Below, piece after piece: positions 39,447 through 52,649 of a stretch of DNA of 64,000 bases. Every line of letters starts with the position of its first letter. The first letter of the stretch is position 1. Source of the stretch: Sphagnum compactum (taxonomy: Eukaryota); contig OZ234493.1 in NCBI GenBank assembly GCA_965153455.1, forward strand, positions 14,622,213 through 14,686,212, read 5' to 3'. The notes beneath the pieces were generated by a model. The model had not been told where the DNA came from. It did no database searches and saw only the letters and a list, made by a program, of their open reading frames with translations. The translations under genes and the position numbers were made by a program.

Positions 39447-40101
39447 CGCCGCCAATTCTTCTTCTTCTTCTTCTTCTTCGTCTGCTTGGTTGTTAGGGTT
39501 TAGAGCTCGAGGGTTTTGCAAAAACCCAATACGGCAACCCATAACATTCTGGAAAATCAAAAGAAGCTGATTCTGATTTCTGGAATGCTTAGATGCTGCG
39601 TAACTTCGTTGAACACGACAATTTCATCCCAGAATAAGTTTTTTAATAGACGAATAAAATGATTAATGTGACATTGACACATTTTCATTATTTTTTCCAT
39701 TGCATATTGAAAATCAACTATATCCAAAAAAAAATATTTAAAAATTTTATACAAAATAATTATATTTTTTAATATACTTTACTGTTTTCCGTGTTACTTT
39801 GAATTATTTTTTTAAAAAAAGGTATCATCGGGCACTTAACACTTTTAGCAGCTTTTTAATAATGCCTTCACAAAAAAGGAAAATAATTTCAAAATATTTT
39901 AATTGTAATATGTAAAGCTTCCTTGAAAGAGAACCGGGTCAAAGAACCTACCCTAAACTGCCGGTTCTGTCATACAAACTCTTAGTTCGTTGAAAAATTC
40001 AAAAAGCCTTAGATTCTCTGGATTCTGAAAATTTTCAAAGAAACTGGAACCGGAGCTTACCTATTAACAAAATCAAAGAGCCACACAACACTCGTCATGA
40101 C

Positions 40102-40429
40102 CAGTGTTGGGCTGTTATTAGCAACATGATCAGACCCCCTGACGGTTATCAGGCGGATCTTGTGGTTCATAGTCACAGTTCTCACTTAAATCAAAGAACC
40201 AGTTCTATTACCCAGGCCTCTCAAAAACTGAAAAATTTCAATTGATGGCTATAACCCCCGGTTCTTTCATGAAAAGTGCTGGGTCTTTGAGGTTTTTCAA
40301 ATAGGTAACTGGAACTGATGGTTCTTTCATTGTGATTGAAAGCAAAACCCAACTGATCTATGATTCCAAAAGAACTTAAAAAACACAAATTGATGGTTAT
40401 TAACAAAATCAAACACCCGCCCGACGCTG
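40102..40429. mobile_element. Non-autonomous hAT-type MITE, 328 bp
   Basis: TIRs CAGTGTTGGGC / GCCCGACGCTG. 8-bp flanks GTCATGAC (40094-40101) and TTCATGAC (40430-40437). A related partial element ends immediately to the left (CAACACTC at 40086-40093). Confidence 0.75.
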
Positions 40430-41578
40430 TTCATGACTCATAACCCTCAACCCTTTGTTTTAAATTTTATTAGTAAGAAGACAACATACAATTGGCAATG
40501 GCTGAATATTGATTCCAAGAAAAGTAAATCTCAAGTTTTTTGTCATTTTGTCTTGTTGATATCCATGACAAATGCTAGTTTTATTGAAAATTTGTCTTTT
40601 CAAAATAAATGGCATTTTCAAATCCTTTGGGACTAACTTCGTTTGTGGGATGACAAGGTTCTTATGTTGTTGTCTTCTAATTGTTTTTAACATTGAAGAT
40701 ATGTTGCACAATTTCTCATTCAAGTACCATTTGTCTGAACTTTGAGTGTCATTCATATTAGATAGTAATGTGACAAGACAATTGAGTTTGAGTTGAAGTT
40801 CATCATGTGGAGGTGGTGTGCTTGGACGTTTCTATTTTATTACTTCAAAAATTCTTGCAAATGACTAGTTACCTCGATCGTTATCAAATCGCTTCAAAGA
40901 TCAATCATCCTTGCCAATCGATTTTGCAAACCCATTTTTCACAAAAGCTAAAAGAAATCTTGTGTTTCTGTTCACCCAACTTTTCATATGATTATGAGAT
41001 ACTTATTTCAAGAGAGATTTTTATCATTGTAAAATGGATTAGTTATGTTCAAATTAGTTAATTGTAAAAGTTCACAATCTCAATTAAGCTCACATAATGT
41101 TTGACATTGAGTAAAATGAATTGCTTAGTTTTCAATCCCTAGCTTGTAGTAAGCATTGCTTTTAGACTTAATTTATGAATGAGTGTTGCAGTCAACCCAA
41201 GGAAAGGTTTTGATAAAGGGCTTTGGTTGTTTGGCTTTAGTTGCATCCATGAGAAAGCAAGCCCTCATGCTTGCTACCATCAGGTTGTGCACACAACAAA
41301 TCTGTCATGAACCAAGACAACAGATCATGTACATCAGGTCATGCTCCATAATTTTCTTTATTCATGACTCTGTGGTTAGGACCCTTGTTTCCTTGGAAAT
41401 ACACTAGTTGACTTGTGAGACAACATTTTCTGTTACATCATCTCTTTCCCCTTCAAAGAACTCGTGACTGGAAAATTAACAAATGTATGTTGTTACCAGA
41501 GTATTTCTGTTTTCGATTATGCACAGTAGTTACAATGCCACAATAATCTGATTCCTATAAACTATAACCTTGCTGGAG

Positions 41579-43920
41579 TCAAACAAGATCCTCCTTGTTG
41601 TCGTCATCATCCTGATGAGATGGTCTAAGACTTTTTGGCCTTGAAAATTTCCTTCCAACTGTAGTTGCCACAGACAAGAAAGTGTCAGATAACTGACCAT
41701 CGATGCCACAAGCTCTATGTAATGCATGGAATCAAATCCGCACAGGACACACACAGCTACTAAGTAAATCATGTGAAAAACCACAAAGTAGTCATTTGAT
41801 GACAGCACCCATTTTCGCAGCAGCATTATGCACCTCCTCAAACAAGGCCACAGTGAACCAGCACCCACCAGCACACTATCCACTGGATGCCCGTTATTAC
41901 TCAGTTGTGGATGAACCCCAAACTGAGTTAATATTTGGTTTCACCTTGGTAACCAATTCTGTAGGAAAATAGGTCTCATATATGGGTAGGTAGGAAAATA
42001 GGTAACTACTAAGGTAAGTAGATGGTTTATAAATATGTAAGGGCTGTTTTTAGTACCTGCCTACTAACAACCTGCTTGTGGGTTGTTAGTAGGTAGGTAG
42101 GAAAAAAAAAGCAACTGAGCTAACCACCATGGTTAGCTAGGGAACTGAAACCCAACAGAAAACTGTTTTCTGAACACTTACCGTTCATCCTTTATGGTGC
42201 ACTGGTGGGTGTGGTTCACTGTGGCCCTCTCAAATGACAAATTGAAGATTCTCTTCAATTGTATTCATTGAGAGAGTATGAAATGCCCGCACATTGGGAA
42301 GTTGGGAACTTCCATTGTTTCATTTGTTCTAGTATCAATAATAGACTTGTTTTATGCTACTGCTGTGGCTTCTGTAGTTTTTTACACTCTCGGGCAATGC
42401 AGTTTTTGTTGCAACAGTGGTGGCATACATAAGCTCCTGGGGTGAAAGAAGGAACGAAAGTGGCAGATGGTGTATGGACCAATGAAGCAGAAAACTGGGG
42501 TGAGACACTATCACTCCACTGCCCTTGTTACAGAATTATTAGAATCCAAACCCACCAATCACAAGCTAAAGAAGTGAAGAAAGAGACAAACAGCTTGGTT
42601 AGTTTTCTAGGAGCACCTACCTAACAAGAACAAAGGAGAAGAGGAAGAAGACATGTACCAGGAGAAGATGCCCTCACAACTACAACATGCACAAGTGACT
42701 TGTTTGGGGGTAGATCCAATCGCATTGGGTACAGCTTTGCACTCAAGGGATGATGTGCACACAGAATAATGTCATCGTCAATCCCTGTCTCTGCATGTAA
42801 TTGTTCAGTCAAATGTTTGAGGCTGTGACCTTTGAACACAAAACTTGCCCACTCCTTGTCATCCATTGCCATGACTGCTGCTTCTCCTTGATTGTCATTC
42901 ACCACTCTGTAAAAAATTCTGCAAGCATCAGACCTTGCTGCTGATCTCCATGTAGGTGAAGGCTCTGGGATTTCCTCATGATGTCCAGAGTAATCATGAT
43001 GTCTCTGTTGTGGTGCTGATGATCCTGTTGATTGCTCCTCATCCTCAGACATGGCGATCTGTGATGTTGCAAATGGACTTGGCACGTGCTGGTGGTTGTC
43101 TTCTTCAGAAGCTGGGGTGTTCAGGGGCTTTCTTGGAGAATAGTACAGTTGTGAGTTGCATTTTTGCTCTTCCTCTGTAAGGGACCTGGATTGCCTTGGG
43201 ATGAATAAACTTGATAGAGGAGTCTCCTCCTCATCTTCAACAGAAGGTGCATGTACTCTTGTTGCTACTGTATGTTTTGGTACCTGTAAAAGAAGATGCA
43301 AGTTAGGAGACACGATCTCTTGAAGTTTGATGCTTAGAGCAGAAAATTCAATATAATAAACAGAGAAAAAGGAGCTTGCTTACAGCTGTGGGTGTGATAA
43401 GCTCGGGCTCTGGATCTGACATATGTTCCATGATGTCAACTTCCCAGTAGATCCATTCATGGGTGGCTGATCGCACTGGAATATCATGTGTTACTGAGTT
43501 CCTCCATGGTGGAGGACCTCCATTTGCACGAAGAAAATCGCCACCCAGTTTGGTTTTCAGCTTGACAAATTTACCTTCCGCAGCAGCAATTGGCTCCCAC
43601 TCAAGTGCCGCCGCATCTGCCTCGCAGGAAGAAGCATCAGGAGGATGGCTATTCTGAAGCACCTTCTTCCCTGTCATGCCCAGCAAAAAAGCATGATCTG
43701 ATGCTGTCAAGTACAGTGCATAACAGCTTTTCAACCGGATTGTTGTTGATGTTGTGTTGCTGCTGTTCCTCCCTGGATCAACAAGCTCCACCTGCCATAA
43801 CACTGCCTTGCTTGACTTGTGTCTATCTTGAGAGACAGAATGGTGATCATCATCTGCACATAGGTACTTGCCATGATGGCTTTTGAGACGAACAGTCTTT
43901 GCACCTTGAAAGAAATCCAT
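41579..43920 (-). CDS. DUF569 / actin cross-linking (fascin-like beta-trefoil) domain protein, ~413 aa
   Basis: join(43384..43920,42659..43283,41579..41658). N-terminal MDFFQGAKTVRLKSHHGKYLCADDD..VSQDR..RLKSCYALYLTASD..FLLGMTGKKVLQ..WEP..FLRANGGPPPWRNSVTHDIP..WIYWEVD and C-terminal RIFYRV..FVFKGHSL..L..LYPMRLDLPPN..VHVVVV are typical of plant DUF569 proteins. The last exon is less certain. Confidence 0.9.
41846..42226. mobile_element. Intronic MITE (Tourist-like GGCC termini)
   Basis: TIRs GGCCACAGTGAACCA(G)CACCCACCAG / CTGGTGGGTGTGGTTCACTGTGGCC (25 bp, one indel). No clear TSD. Confidence 0.75.
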
Positions 43921-44348
43921 GACTGTTTCTCTTCTGTTTCCCTGAGAAAGAAGTTGCTGAAAGAATGGATGCTCCCCAGTTTTCGCCCAGACAGATCACC
44001 AAAGAATGCTCGAATTCAGCTTCAGTTCTAAACCAATTTTCTTCACTAGTCTTTCTCATCTCTCTCTCTCTCTTCTGATCTTCACACCCAAGAGCGAGCA
44101 AGCAAGCTCCAGAGAAGGAATTCTTAGTGGCCACCGGAGAAGGCACACAGAAAGTGGAGAAAAGCCGCGTGTTGTGCGACAAGGAGAGGAGATTCGTGGT
44201 CACAACTGCAACAGCAGAAGCAATTGGAAGCGGTTGGGAAATTTCTCGAGAGGAAGAAGAGAACAACAGACAAACAGAGCAATGTCGGTCGCGAGAACTC
44301 TACGATGAAGAGTTCCAAGACTCCTCTCCAGAGTTTCGAGGAGAGGCG

Positions 44349-44360
44349 CCACACGTGTCG
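44349..44360. promoter_or_regulatory. G-box/ABRE-like element upstream of the DUF569 gene
   Basis: CCACACGTGTCG (CACGTG at 44352-44357) in a CpG-retaining region ~430 bp upstream of the DUF569 ATG. Confidence 0.3.
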
Positions 44361-45479
44361 TTGAGGCAGACCCAGTCTGTCAATTTCCTTCAAGAATATG
44401 ACGACCAAGAGACCGACCACATACGACAGATAAGGGTGGGACCAGATTGCATCCAGATTGCAGCAGGCGGAATGCTTAGATGATGTCGCGTTGATGGAAG
44501 GAACAGTGCTGCAGTGCACAGGGTTTAGGGTTTATGAGAGGTTTCGGAATGAGATGCAACTTGTCCAGAGACTTGGGCAGGCTACAATTTCTTTCAGGAC
44601 AAGAATCCCGGCTGAAAAATAGCAACGTGGCATTGTCAATTCCACTTTCATGGAGTACGAGTGCACATCGTTTGTCCTTTCTCTTGTGCTCGAAGTTTGT
44701 TGAAATCCATTGTTGCCCTCTTCTCTTCTTCTCAGAATGCACACCATTTGTTTGGTTGTCTGGCCTATTGCCTTTTCTCGAAGTTGAGTTACTGCTGACC
44801 TCGTGGTTTTTTTGACACCATTGTAGAAACCACCATTTGCAAGCAGAATGTCTCCAAGCTTCCAAGAAGTGCAACTCTAATCACTACTTACTGCAGAATT
44901 CTTTTTGCAAACAACCTGTCTTTCATATTGCAAAGGAGTTTGTTCATTGGGGGAAAGGAGCAGCAGGAACTGCAACACAAGGCATGGGCAAAGAGAGGGG
45001 GATGCATGAGCTTGTGATATGTTTTTGCTCCATCTGTGTGCACCACTCTAATGCTCTTCTTCCAGTAGATCAATGCAAAAGAAATGTGCGTAGTGCCGTG
45101 ACAGTGTTTGTTCTTCCTCCTCTCCCTTTCTACTGCCTTTTCACAATATGACTGTTGCCTCAGATGTCTACGATCTTTGGAAGACAAGAATTCAGTGGAG
45201 AGAATATCATTTTGTCTTGTTGCTCTTGCCCCAGTAATTTGTGCTTTGATCCTAAAGCAATCTCTTGGATTGTAGTCAATTTATTTGAGATTTCAAGCAT
45301 TGATAACCTGTATGATACTAGATATTTTAGTGTTTTGAATTGTGGTGAGTATGGAGCATGGTTTGCTTCATACCTTTGTGCCAATTTGGATTAGATACTG
45401 TAAGGCAATATTTGTACGCGATACTGGATGTGCATACTTTGCACTGAGGGTTTAAAATGGAGAAGGGATTGGCAGTGTT

Positions 45480-46270
45480 CAGCAATTGGAAGAAAGTGAA
45501 CTGGAGTGTGCTGATGAATAGAGTGGTTGTGAATCCAATCTCCCTTCCCAAGCATGAGATTGATTGACATGTATGCCAAATGTGGGAGCAGGAAGGATGC
45601 CCAAGATAGTTCAACAAGATGCTCCCTATGTTATGCTTTCCTAGACTGTCATGTTATTGAGATCTATGGGAATAGAGCAATTATGAATCCAATACTCCTT
45701 CCTAGGGATGAGCCTGATCAATGTATGCCAAATGTGTGGGGAGGAAGGACACTCAAGATGGTTCAACAAGATGCTCCTTATGTGTGCTGTCCTAGACTGC
45801 CATGTTACTGGGAAATACATGTGGGCAATGCTGAAATCCCATTATTGGAACTATTGGAGACAAAAATCCACAATGTGAAGGTGTGCAACTGAATCCTATC
45901 ACTTTTGTGGCATCTTGGATGTGTATGATAGCAACAGTTGAAGATAGTAAGACTTGTGCTCATTGATCAGGTTATTTAAATGAGTTTTGACATTGATGTC
46001 TTTGTTAAGGAAAATAGCGTCCTTGACTCATAGTATGTGAAATGCAGGCGCATGTAGGATGCATGGAGTGTGTAGCAAGGTCACTTAGACAATGTGGTCT
46101 TGTGGAATGCAACAATATTTCAATTAATTGTTGTGACATGTGAGCAACGGCAGGCAATACATTGAGAAATGCAACAAGGTGTAGAGCCAATCTGTGTCAA
46201 TTTCTTTTACAATCTTTTGTGCATAGACCAGTGTAGAAGCATTTGAGGAGGGCATGTGTATATGAACCAA
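45480..46270 (+). pseudogene. PLS-class pentatricopeptide repeat (PPR) pseudogene fragments
   Basis: Broken PPR motifs across shifting frames with stops: LIDMYAKCGSRKDA (45560), MYAKC (45721), S*TAMLLG, EGVQLNPITFV (45877), KCRRM*DAWSV (46040). Confidence 0.75.
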
Positions 46271-49200
46271 ATGGGTTAGCATTTTAGGGTTTGAAATTTT
46301 TGAGTCAAGACTTAGTAAAAGAATTTCAAAAGAAAATTCAAAAATAACTATGAGCACGAAGGATTAAATGCCAAATAAAATCTATAGCTTTTTCTTTTAG
46401 TTGTTCAATAAAATTCCAGATGAAAAATTGTCAATGGGCACGTATGGTCATTCTTTGCATTCCATGTGTTCAACACTTAATAGAAAATAAGTTTTCAACT
46501 ATAATATCATGTTTTTAGAACTTTTGAAACAAAAAAAATCTTCTTATAGTGATGTAGTCATTCACACATCTGAACACATGAAAAAAACTTCAAACGACTA
46601 AACACATAAGTTCTCTAATTTGTGAACAACAAAAGATAAAATTCAACATCAATATTACATGCAAGGTTTCAAGTGTACTTTTCATTAGGTAGTATAATAT
46701 GACTTCATGCTTTGAACCATATCACATCACTTATTCTTGTATTACAATTATCCAATTATCATTCTTTAGTTGTAAGCTTGTAATTACATACTTACGGGAA
46801 TATGGATATTATATCAACATTAATAAATTTAGAGGATTCTTGTAACGATTTGAAAATGAAAGATTACTAAATGTATTATAAGAATTATGATATTATTATA
46901 ATTTTTAAATCATGAGTACAAGAAATGTGTTTTAAAATGCGTTGATAATGCTTTAACACATCCATTGTGTTTATGTGGAACTTATTTAAATGTTACATTT
47001 CTATTGTAGAATTTGAGTGCATATTTTAGTATGTGACAACTTATGTTGAATATTTCAAAAGATTTAAGTCCTTGAATCCTTTGAATTCCATATTCATCAA
47101 TATATTGTTGATTGGATCAAAATTTAATATATGTAATTTAAAAAGTTTGTGTATTCCTATATTTAACCCTTTGAAAGTTCCTCCGTTCCTTTACCCATAT
47201 ATTATGTGCCATTCATATCCAAGTTAAACATGAACATTTCTTGGGGAATAAACCTATTTGGACAAAGTAAGATATTATTTTTCAAACCTACTCAAATTCC
47301 TCAATTTAATAAAATATTTGGTTGTATTGAATTATAAAAGTTATGAGTTAATTGAATTAAAAAATAAAAATGGAGATAATAAAATAATCATGAAACAAAA
47401 AATGTGTGATTATGCAATTATAACATGTATAAAATCAAATGGTGTTTTATGTGGCTTGAAATACCTTAAGCATTTTGACATGACACTCATCAAAACATTA
47501 AGTTGGTGATTGTTCAGATATACATGTGTCCTTTTTTTAAAGGTGTATTATACTTGTCATTGCTTCTAGGGTTCAATAATTGTTTCTACAATTATGAAAA
47601 GTGATAAATTTTTAAATTGGGAAAAAAAAAAGTGAACTATTTGATGGAAAAAACAATGCAAGGTGATTGGCAATGTTTACTTCATTTTTGTTATTGTGCA
47701 ACATTCAAAATTAATTCTACTGCTTTTAAGTCTTTGTAAACACAATTAATAGTTTAAAATGTAATATTGATTCATTAGATGTAAATTTGACAATCTACAA
47801 CAACTATAAGAAAATTCAAGATATAAGGATTGGATTCCACTAATTGAAATAAACACACTTATATTTTTGCTTATGAACAAAAAGCTACCATGACCACAAA
47901 AGAACCATTAGTAATGTGTGTTCCAATAAAATATGCATGTCATCAAAGAATTATAATGTTTTAATTACAACATCATGGATAAATTTCTTTGTAAACATTT
48001 TAAGAAACATTAAATTTTATGGCTTAAATTTATAAACCTTTAAAATTATATTATGCATGAGGTTCATTACATAATTCCATTTTTTTAAATTTTGGTTGTG
48101 CAAAACATATTTCTAATGTATATGTTTAAACACACATAATTTATCCAATTTTTATGGAAACCAACCCATCATCTTTTTACAAGATAAAAAAACTTGTTAA
48201 GTAGCCTAGGTTTTTAAGTAACCTAACCTAGGGTTAGGTTTTTAGGTTGTTTCATCTAGGCAACCTGTCCAAATTTGCCACGTGACTAAATAAAAGACAC
48301 CCACCATTGGACATGTGGTAGCATGCAACGATTCTTTTGTAATTGGAAATGTAGTCATAATGGTCCAGGTAGGCAAGATGTGACTATAATCTAGTTGTAA
48401 ATGTATTCACAAAAGAAAGGTCCATGTTAAAGATCGCCATCCATGGTAGTGGATGGAAAATTGATCAATAGTTGGAAGGCTTTGTGACTCCCAATGCGAC
48501 TATGAGCATCACGTCATGTCATTTACAATTGTTTGTCCTTTGGCACTTGTCCAAGGCAACTAAGATTGTTTCTAATGATGTGTTCTTTACAACTAAAATG
48601 TAATTGCAAATTAATTGCTTAATTTTTAGATTTCTTCTAGATGTTATGTAAGATAGTTTTTTAAATTATGTAATTATAAATGTCAAAAACACATTCAAAG
48701 CTTGATTATTGTGTTTTAACATTTAAAACCAAGTCTTTTCAATTTTGTTCAATGCTAGTGTCCTTAAAATCCTCAATTTATAATTTCCCATATATTTTAG
48801 AAAAAAAAAGGTCACTTTCACATAAAGTCAAAGATGTTTGAATTTAATAGCACTAGTCAACTATAGGTTGTTGACTACTTTGTTTCCACTTTATGGCTAA
48901 TTAGTTTGTGAAAATTACATTAAAAGCACATGGAATTGTAAATTCACAAGTATAAAAACATTATGCACTAAACTTCATTAATGTTTACAATTAATATACT
49001 GATTTTTCAAAGTCAAATAGGTGCAAGATATAAGGGTAGTCAATTGTAGTTCTTGGTTCTTTTTATCATGATTACACAGGTATCTTTGATAAAATTTGTT
49101 GAATTTGGATTGAATCTAGTTAAAGCCATGTTTGTTGATATTCGTCACTTCACCATGAAATCAATTTAGGCAATATATAGACAAACATTAAGGCAACCCA

Positions 49201-49928
49201 ATTTGTTGTGGCATGTCACGATTCACAAACAAAGAAAGTACTACTAAAAATCAAACATTGATTAGAATAATTTTACGTAGTTTTTAAAATACATGATATA
49301 AATGAAATTAATTTGTTGAACAATAACATATATAAAACCAATCAAGATTGAAAAGGTTCATGAATCTATGTTGGTATGTTGCACGATTTTATGGGTAAAA
49401 TTGTAAATCAATTTTCACAAGACCTATGGTAGGCTTAATCATTGGGTTTTGTACTAGTGGTAAATAGCCAGTAAACATTTATGTTTCATTAAATTAAGTT
49501 CAATTCCTTGATTTGTGTTGTAGATTACCTTCATAATTTTGTGGGTGATCACAAACTTCTAGTTTTTGCAAATCAATATTTATAATGCACAAAATATTTT
49601 AAAACCCAACAATAATAAAATATAATTAGAGATTGTGTGAATGTGATGTTTTATATGTGGACATGGATTATGTGAACGTTCAATGTAAAACCAAAACCCA
49701 ATTGAAATTATGGGTCTATTATTGTCTTTGCAGACATCGTTTAAATGAATATTCAATGCAAAATCAAAAATTGTTAAACAATATGGGCACGATATTGTCC
49801 CTATAGACATGGTTTAGGTAAATTTTTAGTGCAAAATCATATATCATTAAAGTAATGTGGGTGTGGCACTATCTATCCATGAATATTGTTTAGGTGAGTG
49901 TTCGATGCAAAGTAACAATCTAATGGGG

Positions 49929-50564
49929 GCCGAAAACATCCTTAAGTGGTACCACTAGGAATGTCATACCTTAATCTATCAAAATTTGAAAAATCATAGG
50001 AAACACTTGAATAAATATTATAATAATTTTTTTTTATGAGTACATTTATTAGGTTCCATAAATTTTTAATTTTTAATAATATCAAGATATTGTATATTTT
50101 GATGTTCCTAATCATTGCATTTAGAAAAAGTTTCATTAATGTCACGGTAGTTCATTTCCTTGAACTTTTTGGTCAAGAACACAATTATGAAACATGATGT
50201 TAAAAAATTCTTGGGAATTTTTTTCTTAAGGTAATTTGGTAGTCATCATATTTTTAATCTTTTATTAAAAATTAATTGAGTAAATATAATTTAGTTATGA
50301 ATTTTCAAAGGTAAGGTTATCAATTTCTAAAGGGGCACTTTTGATTAGGAATACAAATTTTTAACAATTTTTAATTTTTTTAATTTCAAAATAGACTTCA
50401 AGCTATATATTAATGTTTGCAATTGATAAACATGAAAAAATAATGATTTATAGTTGTGAAAACATTTAAAATAAAGGGCCCATGAAAATGATTTGGCTAT
50501 TTATTGGTTCCTTAATTATTTTTTGAAGTGGTTCCTAGTGGTACCACCCAAGGATGCTTTTGGC
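49929..50564. mobile_element. MITE-like element with 33-bp TIRs
   Basis: GCCGAAAACATCCTTAAGTGGTACCACTAGGAA (49929-49961) matches the reverse complement of 50532-50564 at 29/33. The interior is AT-rich and non-coding. Confidence 0.75.
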
Positions 50565-52649
50565 TAGGGAAGTAATGGGGGTGCAACATATTTCTCCATC
50601 CATTTTATCACTTAAGGGACAAGTGATTTCACAAATGTATTGTTACCCAAAAAGACAAAAAACTACCCATTGAAATCTCAAAAATCCAAGAAAAATGTAA
50701 ATTGTGTGATGTTATGCAAACTTGATGAAATGAAATTCACATAAAATGAGGAAATTGAAAGATATTTAACCTGAAATCTAGTAGGGGGGTTTGGAATATA
50801 TTTGTCCTTGAAAATCAAAGTTTTTTAAAGCTTGAACTACTAGACCATGTTTTACCATTGTCATTAAAAGTGTTAAAGATATTTTGTAAAATTACACATT
50901 GAAAAAGAGGAAAGTAGTGGCATCTTAAATATAAACATTTTAAGGGGAGCTTTACAACAAAATCAAATATTTGGTGGTAATTGATTAAGCTTTCATACTT
51001 TTACAATGAAGACTATCAATTGTGACATCCTCTAGTTTTAAGTTAAAAAGGGGATTAAAAAAGGATCCGCCCATGAAGCCAATGCCACGTTTGGTTGAAG
51101 GTGGGCACCAAATCCATTTTCATGCACACAACTTGACATCATTTTCATGAAAATCATTACAAAGTTTTAATTTGAAAAAATTGTTTGTATTGTAGAAGAA
51201 ATGGGTGTTAAATATTTTTCTATTGTGATCCCCCTATAGTCACCACATATTGCAAGACATCACGTATATGTTGAATTTTGCAATTGTAGGCATGATTGTA
51301 AATTGATATATTTTGATCCTATCATCTTAAACTCACATGCAAGTACCACAATTCACTTCATGAGCAATGATATTTACATATTGATATCATGAGGAGGTAA
51401 CTAAGAATCGTAATACATGGAGAGATGTCACAAATATAGTAAGCAACTTTCACACATTTTTTACATGCCTCTAGGGACCTTATTCAATATTTAACCTATT
51501 CAAAACAAACATACTCAAATCATTTGATCCTCCCCAAATTTTTCATGAAGAACTAGCATTAGAATACAAAGTTCTTGAAGAAAGGAATAGTTCACAATTG
51601 TGCTTAAACGAATCATGAGATTAAATGATGAAACAAATTAGGCTTCACATTGATTTGCAAAAATATTTGCACACATTTTATTTCAAATAGTGGCATGACC
51701 TCCAAAGTTTATAAGTTCAATGACAAAGTATAGTCTACCATACTTGTATGAAATACAAATGTGAACTTTGGATTAATACAAAGTAAAATAAATAATGGGT
51801 CATGTTCTAACAATGTGACACAATCTCGCCAAATCAAGAACCCACCTTAACTTCACACTATCTCTTGCTTTAAAACCGCCTTGTAATTGAAGATAATTGT
51901 GATTATTATTACTAATTTTTGCCATTGATTCTAGAATAAAGTGGACATGTAAATAATTTACATTTGACAAATCAAGCAAAAGCCATTGAATACATATTAG
52001 GCAAAACATAACAATGAAGTTATAGTTCCTTGCCAAGGTTTTCAAACATTTCATCCTTGTGCCACAATGCAAATGGATTTGAGTTCAATTTAAATTTAAA
52101 TTTTCTTCCATTTACTTTGTGTACAAATGAATTGGACACTTGGGGGTTTGGTGCTGAGTGTTTTCAGGTGATTTTCACTTGGTTTTAGTAATGAGAAGCT
52201 AAAAAATGCACCTTGAAAAGTTATACTTCACATTTGAACAGTAAAAACATGATATTGAAAGCTTAATGGGCACATTTGTTTACGCTTTCAAGCTTACTAA
52301 AAAAAATAAAGGAGCACAACCTTTTCATATCACCTTAAATTCATTTGCAACTTCATCATGTTATCAATGTCACATGCATCATGATTAAACTTTAAGTTTT
52401 TACACAAAAAAGTCCAATTTTGCGACCAAATTTAAGGTTTTTTTCACTAGCTCTTATCATGATTACACACAATATATTATGATGACAACAAGGTAATGGA
52501 AAGCCATTAAATTCATTCTTATTGCATGGATATAGGCACTTTCCATTGGATAACGGTAGTACAACTAGGCTAGAAATTTGTAGACTTTAATTAATGTTGG
52601 GAACATTTTGGATGAAAAATAACAATCAACTATGTGATTTCACAAAGAG

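Noticed and set aside
44127-44483. 118-aa plus-strand ORF
   Set aside because: It starts at GTG, overlaps the leader/promoter of the DUF569 gene on the opposite strand, and shows no domain or splice support.
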